Positions 49,549 through 64,000 of a stretch of 64,000 nt of DNA are shown here, one piece after another. Position 1 is the first letter of the stretch; each line of letters starts with the position of its first letter. The DNA is from Salpingoeca rosetta. Its lineage: Eukaryota; Protista; Choanoflagellata. The notes beneath the pieces are model-generated. The model ran no database searches, was not told where the DNA came from, and saw only the letters and a program-made list of their open reading frames with translations. The stretch covers positions 190,036 to 254,035 of the forward strand of contig JAWQFM010000031.1 in NCBI GenBank assembly GCA_033442325.1. Direction: 5' to 3'. The position numbers and the translations under genes were made by a program.

Positions 49549-50648
49549 TCATTTACAAATGTTCGTAACTCCGCCACCGCAAAGGAAGACGGACAAGATG
49601 GCTTGTGGCGGAAGAGCAACACGCGCTGTGGTGTTGTGAGAGGGTGTGTTGTGGTTGTTGTGGTTGTTGTTGTGGTGGTTGTTGGTGGGTGTGCTGTGGT
49701 GTGTGAGGGAGACTGGCCAGGGCTGGAACGAGTGCGTGGCGTCCGTGAGAGTGGCATAGGCGGTGGAACAGCTGCCGCCAGACAACACGACTGAGCCCGT
49801 CTGGTTCACCTTGCCGGTGTTGACGAGCACGACGGCGATAGTCCCATTTGGCCACCGCGCAGCAACACTGCGCACAACGCCGTCGCCACGACTGGCGGTC
49901 GTGTTGGTGCGGAGCAAGGTGCTGTTGCGCGGAATGGCGCGCGTGAACTGCTTGTAGGCGTAGTACTGCTTTCGCACGCGGTACGCCTCACGCACGCGGT
50001 CCCGTGGCTCATAACCAGGGGTGTCCAGCACTGACCGCAAAGCGAAGGTGTAACGCGGGGAGGAGACACGCGTCGCAGACAAAATTGACGATGGCGACGA
50101 CGACGAGGGTGCGGACGTGGCTGTCGTTGGTGCAGCTGTGGTGGGTGTGTCTGCCACTGAAGTGTGCGCATCAGCATCACAGGCCACGAGGGTTGCTTGC
50201 AGTTGTTGTTGTTGTTGCGTGGCCGACGGCACACCTGATGACGTTGCTGGCTGTGGTCGCGTGCCAGATGGCCTTGATGTCGTCGTGGCAGAAGCAATGG
50301 CATCTGTAGCATCTGCAGCAGTTGCTGTTGTGGGTCGCATGTCAATGCAGAGGCCCGTGCTGTTGAGGCGGATACGGCGTGTTGCTGCGTCCACCACCCA
50401 CTGCTGGTTTGCGCTTCCCCAGCACGAGTACACGCGCACGCTGTCACCAGCACGCATGCCCTGACCCCAGTCATCCATGCAAGGGCCAGAGCTGTTGTGT
50501 GCGCGCACCTGCCCATCAACCACCGAGAACACCTGTCCAGTGTATCCAGTGTTTGGGCGAGGGAAATAGGAGATACACAGCTGAGTCAGGTGATCACACA
50601 GCAACGTGCATGACAATGTGCAAACATGCGCGCACATACAAACATTGA

Positions 50649-50715
<67 letters not shown>

Positions 50716-52457
50716 GATTGGGGTTGTTGACGTCGCAGGGAGAGCAGGTAATGTTGGAGCCATCTGCAACACCCTCCACTTCAACACAGCACGATGCACC
50801 CGCACCATCAGCACCATCGTCGCCATCATGGCTGCGATTAGCGACGATCTGATAGAGGTTCTCCTCGTGCACGGTAGCGGCGAGAAGGCCCCATCCATCC
50901 GGCGACAGGCTGTTGTCTAGGTCCACGGTCTGCCACAACGTCCACACGCTAGCATTCAGCTGATGCAAGTCCGTGATGATGCGTGACGCAAGCTCCAGTC
51001 CTCCCTGCAACGGCCCTGATCCCGTGCCATACTCGGAGTTCCAGAGCTGTTTCCCGTGTTTCTGCGCAAACGCTGCCAGCGCTTCGCGCCGAATGCCGTT
51101 GTACGTGTGCGTGGTCAGCAGGTCCATGCCGGCCAGCGTCTCCGCAGGGTAGGACTGCAAGGACAGCAGCGCGTCGTCGATGGAGTTTTCCTCCGGTCCA
51201 GACACGCCCACACCGCGCCCGCCAGCAGCGCTGGGTGCTGGCGCTGTGGCGCGGAGCTGACTGCTCAGCGCTGCGATGACGGCTGCCTGCTTGTCGCGAT
51301 CAAAGTGGCACCCTTCCTGATCGTTGCCATACTTCCACCACGATGACACGGGCTCGTTGAGCGGCGTCACAGATACAAGCGCGTCCCCAAGCGGCTGCCA
51401 CGGTGGCTGCTGTTGACAGCGAGGGGCTTGGTCTGGCGGGCCGTGTGCGAGGGCAACAGTTACGTTGGCCAGATATGCTGCAAATGCGCCGTACATGTCA
51501 TCGCGAAGGTTGTTGCTGCCGCCCACAGCGCCCGTTGCGCTCCCGGACTTTGTCATCCAGTACGGAGGAGAGTTGCTGAACGCCTGTGTGTGTGCAAATG
51601 TGTGCGTGTGTGTGTGTGTGCGTGTGTGCGTGTGTGTGTGTGTGTACAAATGTGCGTGTGTGTGTGTGCAAATGTGTGTGTGTGTGTGTGCGTGTGCTCG
51701 TGAGTATGTGTGTGGGTGGGAGAAGCAAACACGTGTGAAACAGCGACGTAGTTCGCACGCTGAATGAAGTGCGTGGGATGGTACGCTTCTGTCCAACACC
51801 AACACCCGATCTGAAGCAGCCCCATGAGCGCACCCCCAGGCACAAGAATCTCACCTGCACCTGACGGACGCTACCGTTGAGGGCGGCATAGAGAACGCGG
51901 CGTTGCGGATAGTCTGCACCCCAATCAAAGGTACCATCTGCGCCCTGATAGCCGCGCACAAGCGCACCCGGCCGCAAGAAGTGTGCATTCTGTGGATTCT
52001 CACCCCCTGTGTGGTGTAACACGCATTGGTGGTAACGTGACGAATGAGTGTCGTAGTGTAGCCAAGGAATCAAGTGCTTCGCGCATGGGATTGACAGAGG
52101 GAGAGAGAGAGGCAGAGGCAGAGAGAGAACATATTTGCTCACACACGCATTCACACACATTGACACAACAAAGCACACAAAGCGCACACCTCCAATGTTG
52201 TATCTGACGGTGGAGAGTCCCAGGCCACGCGTGTCAGAGAAGAGGAGCTGCATGACGTCCTCGAACGCCGTCGTGTTTGTCCATCGTCCCACGCCGTTTG
52301 CCCACCAGCACAAGGATGTGCCAAACCCACCAAACCCTCGCTGCTGTTCACAGCCCACGCACACATCCACCACAAACGACGATGAGGATGATGACGAGAC
52401 TGACACTGCCACTGTCGCTGCAGCAAGAAGGGCCACAACAAACACAAACACAAACAT
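49549..52457 (-). CDS. Secreted GH30 glycoside hydrolase (endo-beta-1,6-galactanase-like) with inserted ricin-B/CBM13 lectin
   Basis: Motifs [43 protein letters not shown] (acid/base), QEGCHFD, LWNSEYG (nucleophile) and [11 protein letters not shown]. Ricin QxW repeat CMD...CWGSANQQW. Signal peptide. Confidence 0.88.
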
Positions 52458-52641
52458 CTTTTGCTGTGTCGTGGAGAATTGGTCGAAGACATTGCCATTT
52501 ATCCGCAAAACAGCCAGCCAAAACGCTCATTGCCCGTGCTGTCGTGCGGCTTGGATTGTTGTGGATTGGAGCAACTCGCACCCACTCCTCACTCCTGTCT
52601 CAGACTTCCGTCGACCAACCGTGTCATCGATGACCTGTGAC
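52458..52641. promoter_or_regulatory. Putative bidirectional promoter (GH30 / secreted CCP-F5/8C protein)
   Basis: Divergent ATGs under 200 bp apart. Inference only. Confidence 0.45.
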
Positions 52642-55480
<2,839 letters not shown>

Positions 55481-56639
55481 ATCCCTGGACGCGTGCCTTT
55501 GTGGGACATTGTGTGTGTGTGTGTGTGTGCGTGTGTGCGTGCGTGCGTGCGTGTGTGTGTGTGTGTGTGTGCGTGTGTGTGTGTGTGTGCGTGTGTGTGT
55601 GTGCGTGCGTGCGTATGTGTTTGTGTGTACGTGTGCGTGTGTGTGTGTGTGTGTTGCGTTGCACGCTTGCGTTTGTGCTGCTTGCGTATAACTGCTTCTA
55701 CAATGCTTTCAAGTTGTGCCTTCCTGTGTTCCACCACCGCTTTCCTTCATGGTGGCAGCGTGCGCCCTTCTTTCTGTTTGTACTTCTGTATTCCTTAAAC
55801 CCCACGCTCTCGTTCATACATCATTTCACTCCCTGCTGTGAACGTGTGCACCGCGTGTGTACAACCTGTTTTGGCTCGCACCACTGCCGGCAGCCCATTG
55901 CACACAATACCTTTGTTGCACCATTGCATGTGTTGTGTTACGTCTTCCCCCTTTCTTTGCCATTCTGTTCTTATGTAAACGACGCAAAGCAACACGCTAA
56001 CACGTGGCGCTTTCTTCCTGTCAGTGAACGAACGCCTAGTGCAAGAAACCATGACACACGCCAAGGGGCAACAAGAGCAGGGTGGAGGGGGGGGGAGGAG
56101 GAGGAGGGTCAAGAAGCAAGCAGCAGCCACGCATGTGACTGGTGCGACAATCGAGCATAGTGAAACCAAGAGGCAACTCAAACGAGTGGGAAAACATGCG
56201 AAGGAGATGTTTGCTGTGGCGAATTGGCTACAACAAGTGCAGCAGGGGTATGGGGTCATGGCAAATGAAAGCATCAAGGTGAAGCAAGAGGACAGCAAGA
56301 ATGTACAAGAGAAACACCATACATCAGATAGGACCCAAATTGTACACGCGTGGAGAGTACACACGCAACATCGGCTAATGCAACAAAGCACGAAGACGAA
56401 GGTGAAGACGAAGGAAGGGGACCAGGAGGAAATGAGGAAGGGGGCATGATGCTGTGTTTGGTTTGCACGCACGTGCACGCTGAAAGGCGAGCAATGGTTG
56501 AATCATTCCTTAACGCATTTGTTCTGTGGTTCTGGTGACGAAGAGCGCGTCTTGTCACATCTCTCCCACAAAGCAGTCGCTTCCTGCCCAACAATCCTCA
56601 CACCCCTCTTCAACTCTCGACTTCTCTTCCTCCTCTCGT

Positions 56640-59512
<2,873 letters not shown>

Positions 59513-60280
59513 CTTGTGTTGCTCGTGCGGTGTGCTGTATGTGCGTGTGTGTTTTGGTGTGTGTGTTGGGTGAGGTTCTCCCACACGTTGCCTCAGTCAA
59601 TCACTCCGTCAGTGCTGCTGCTGTTGGTGGGTTTTTGGTTTCGTGCACGCAACCCAAAACGTGGCCAGGGTGCGCGCTGCTTGGTGGAAGCGGCCGCTGC
59701 TCCGTGCCAGGGGGGTCCCGTTGGGTCTTCGTCGCCGCCCCCTTCCCAGCAACTGCTCCAGTTGAGGCGCAACGTGCGGCACAAGACGTGAATGAATGGT
59801 TCGCGCCAAACCCCATGCAACAACCTCAATCACGGCAAGCGAGATGTCGTGATTGACATGAATGAATGAGAATGAATGAGGTGAATGGCTGAATGGCTGA
59901 ATGAATGACGGAGGAAGGGTGCCGATATCGGATGCGAGGGAAGGGACGGGAGGGAGTGAGCGTCAATAGTGCCGTGGGAGCACTGTTGGCTCGCTTGTGT
60001 TTTGTTTGGTTTGGTTTGGTTTGGTGGCGTGTGTATCTGCCGTCGTCGTGCGTGTATGCATCGAAACAAACAAACACAGCCGTTCGCTCTCGGTTGCATC
60101 GAAACAATCGGTGCTTCGTTTTTTGCTATGGTTTGTGGTGTCGCAATAATATACATTGAATTCAGTTGTAAGACTGAATTAAGTATGCACACCTGAAATC
60201 AGTTTCGCTGACCGCGTTGAAGGAGAGAAGGAGAGAAGACGTGTGCTGCTGCTGAAGCTTGCTTACCACCACCATCCACC

Positions 60281-60323
60281 ATGAGTGTGCTCGCCAAGAT
60301 TGAGGAGATTGAGGCCGAGGTAA

Positions 60324-60359
<36 letters not shown>

Positions 60360-60621
60360 CAGGTTCATGTTTGAGCAGGCAAAGTGTGTGCAGAGGCGTG
60401 CATTTGGAAGTGGCGCGTCTGTGACACAACGCTGAACCTTGTGCGTCCATGGCTTCAATGCTTTGCAGATGGCCCGCACACAAAAGAACAAGGCCACGGC
60501 CAAGCATCTTGGTCTGCTCAAAGCCCGCCTTGCCAAGCTCAAGCAAGAGCTCATGACATCCAAGACTGGCGGCGGCGGCGGCGGCGAAGGTGTGTGTGTG
60601 TATGTGTATGTGTGTGTGTGT

Positions 60622-60663
<42 letters not shown>

Positions 60664-61042
60664 GTGTGTTTGTTTGTTTGTTTGCCTGCTTCCTGTTTCT
60701 GTGTTCGTGAGCACACCATGATGTACAGCAGCGGGTTCCTTGCAACCCCCTCCCCGTTTTTCTTCATCTCATGCTCTTCCAACATGTTGCAGGTTTCGAG
60801 GTGTCCAAGACGGGTGATGCCCGCGTCGGCTTTGTCGGTGCGTTTCATACGTGCAAATGCATGTGTGCAAAAGGTTACAAATGCACATCTCTGTTCGTGT
60901 GTCCTTTTTATGTGCACCATTTCCCCCCTTCCTTCGCGCACACTTACACACACATACACACACACACACACACATACACACATGCACACATATACACACA
61001 CACACATGCACAAACACATGCACACTCACTCACTCACACACA

Positions 61043-61118
<76 letters not shown>

Positions 61119-61297
61119 TCACCCTGGTCCCTTCAACAGGGTTCCCCTCTGTGGGAAAGTCGACGCTGCTGAGCAACTTGGCGGGCGTGTACTCGGAGGT
61201 GGCCGCATACGAGTTTACGACCCTGACCACCGTGCCAGGTGTCATTCGCTACAAGGGCGCAAAGGTCCAGCTTCTCGACCTGCCCGGGTGAGTGAAT

Positions 61298-61352
<55 letters not shown>

Positions 61353-61659
61353 TAACGTGCTTTGTGGCACATGGCTGCTACAACGCTGCTGGTGCTGCTG
61401 CCGTTGGTGTTGCGTGACTTGTCCTTGCCAAATTGTGCGCTTGCTTTTGCTGCTTGGTCGTTCGTTGCACTTCCTGCATGGTCGTGTTCTTTCCTGCATG
61501 GTTGTTGGTGAGGTGTGACGACAAGTTCATTCGTGGTCTGCTCACGTGCCATCTGCGCAGTATCATCGAGGGCGCCAAGGACGGCAAAGGTCGCGGTCGC
61601 CAAGTTATTGCCGGTAGGTCGCACACACCACATGCGAGCAGCGACAGCTGAAATACACG

Positions 61660-61691
<32 letters not shown>

Positions 61692-61733
61692 CCTGTGTGT
61701 GTGAGGACGTGTGTGTGTGTGTGTGTGTGTGCG

Positions 61734-61789
<56 letters not shown>

Positions 61790-62882
61790 CCTGCCTTGGT
61801 CGCTATCTGTCTCTCGCTACGTGCTCGGTTCCTCTCACCGCCACCAACTGCACCCCTCACCATCACCTTCCACCGTCCCTCTCTGCGACAGTTGCGCGCA
61901 CGTGCAACCTCATCTTCATCTGCTTGGACATTATGAAACCGCTCGGACACAAGCAGATCATCGAGGTGCCCCAGCTGTTACCTGCAAAGGCGTGGTGGTG
62001 TGTGGACGTGCGAATAATTGGTTGTTGTTTGTTTGTGTGTGAGGATGAGTGTGCACGGGCGTGTGACGATGTGTTGCTCACTTGTGTACTTGCACACTCA
62101 CACGCGCTCATACACACTCATACACACACATACACACGCACACACACACACACACACTCACACACCACATCACCGCCATGTGCGAGCAGAAAGAGCTTGA
62201 AGGGTTTGGGATCCGTCTGAACAAACGCCCGCCGCAGATTTCCGTGAAGAAGAAAGAGAAGGGCGGCATCCACATCACGTCGACCGTCCCGCTCACCAAA
62301 CTCGACAACGACACCATCAAGACCATCCTCGGTGCGCGCAGCGGCCGTGGTGGAGTGTGTGGTGGAGTGTGTGGTGGAGTGTGCAGGGGTTCTGCTCATT
62401 TCATCCCCTCACACACGTGTACACACACACACACACAACACATACATACACACATACACACACACATACACATACACACACACATACACACACACACACA
62501 CACATACACATACACACACATACACACACACACACATACACACTACCACCACCACAACCACCGCCACCATCGCCACGGCAGGGGAGTACCGGCTGAACAG
62601 CGTGGACGTGACGTTCAAGGAGGACGCGACGGAGGATGACCTGATTGACGCCATTGAGGGAAACCGCGTGTATGTCCCCGCCATCTACGTGCTAAACAAG
62701 ATTGACCAGATAAGCATTGAGGAGCTGGACATTGTGTCTCGCATTCCGCACTGCGTGCCCATCTCCGCCCACCACAAGTGGAACTTTGACGACCTCTTGC
62801 AGAAGATGTGGGACTACCTCGACCTCAAACGCATGTAAGCAGACACGTAACCTTGGTGCTGTGACAACGTGGGGGGGGGAAG

Positions 62883-62923
<41 letters not shown>

Positions 62924-63007
62924 TGCTGTATATGTCACAACTTGCCTTGGTCCTGTTTTCCTGCCGCCCAATGAAGGGCTGCGTTGCACGATGCCTTATT
63001 CACCGCG

Positions 63008-63074
<67 letters not shown>

Positions 63075-63211
63075 CACACAAAACACAACACAACACGCAA
63101 CACGCAATCAGTGCGCTGGTGTGGGGCTCGTCTGTGAAGCACAACCCGCAGAAGGTCGGCAAGGACCACGTGCTCCACGATGAAGACGTGGTGCAGCTCG
63201 TCAAGAAGTAA
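60281..63211 (+). CDS. DRG1: Developmentally regulated GTP-binding protein 1 (one conserved TGS segment absent; possible extra terminal exon to 63474)
   Basis: [33 protein letters not shown]|[55 protein letters not shown], and [19 protein letters not shown]. Confidence 0.95.
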
Positions 63212-63639
63212 GAGATGGCGGTGGTGGGGGTGGGCTGTGTGTGTGTATGTGTGGGTGGGTGGGTTTGTATGTGTGTGTCTGTGTGTGTAAGTGACATTGT
63301 GCTTGTGCTCTCGCATGGGTGATTGTGGGATGATGCTTCATGCGGTGACTGGTCTTGTGTCTGTCTTCTTCCGCCTTGTTCTGTGTTGATTGCAATGCGT
63401 GTGCCACCTTCAACACTCACCTGCGCCCTTGCATGCCCGTCCTTCCATCACTTTCTCCTCCACCCAGGATCTAAGCACTACGCCCCACCCCACCCCCACC
63501 CGACGAGTGTGCCTGCTCCTGTGTCAGTCTGCGTGCTTACCTGTGCCTTACGTGTGCGTCTCCTTCCCCCCTCCCACCTCTGTCCACATCTTCTTCATCA
63601 TCATCTTCATTCCTCGTTGTGTCAAGTATCCTCGAGCAC

Positions 63640-63905
63640 ATCAAGCCATTAAAGCCACGACAACACAAGCAAGAAGAAGAGACAACACTGAACGAGATGA
63701 TGATGGGTGTGCGGTCTTGTGTGCGGGTGTTGCAGCATGCTGCCCTTATTGTTGCTCGTCCACGCGTGATGGGCACGAGTGCTGTTGCCGCGGCAAGGCG
63801 CGGTGTCGTTGCTGCTACAGCTGCTGCTCGTTCGTCCCCCGTGTCACTGGCAGCCTTGCATCGGCGTGCTCTCCACACGACGCCAGCAGCCCTCAAGAGT
63901 GCGTG

Positions 63906-63906
<1 letters not shown>
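63640..63906 (-). other. Probable terminal exon/3' UTR of a gene continuing beyond the window
   Basis: On the minus strand, a (CA)n tract ends in a CAG acceptor at about 63907, followed by GC-rich sequence. The reading frame and product are unresolved. Confidence 0.3.

Positions 63907-63998
<92 letters not shown>
63907..63998. repeat. (TG)n microsatellite
   Basis: Seen directly. Confidence 0.95.

Positions 63999-64000
<2 letters not shown>

Overview
This is a gene-dense eukaryotic window with GC-rich exons and short spliceosomal introns full of (GT)n/(CA)n microsatellites. By inference from that style and the gene content (adhesion GPCR, EML, DRG1, cytochrome b561, bacterial-like enzymes), it is most likely a choanoflagellate resembling Salpingoeca rosetta. 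Most six-frame ORFs are microsatellite artefacts. Splicing exons by eye gives about 12 genes, in order: 3' end of a PDI (KEEL); bacterial-type metzincin protease with PPC repeats; SEC14/CRAL-TRIO protein; intronless secreted intelectin/fibrinogen-like protein; EML/EMAP; cytochrome b561; a very large ARM-disordered-SPRY-SPRY protein; adhesion GPCR; GH30 hydrolase with an inserted ricin-B lectin; secreted coiled-coil/CCP/Cys-rich/F5-8C protein; TPR protein; DRG1. The most notable signal is a polarised intron grammar: GU-rich repeats at the donor end, complementary CA-rich repeats at the acceptor end, and often weak polypyrimidine tracts, suggesting RNA-structure-assisted splicing. Other highlights are a zinc motif split by a 14-nt microexon, two secreted lectin-like proteins with cubilin-like trimerising heads, and conserved exons missing from DRG1 and SEC14. 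No rRNA, tRNA, CRISPR array or transposase was recognised. All family calls are motif recognition from memory; no searches were run.
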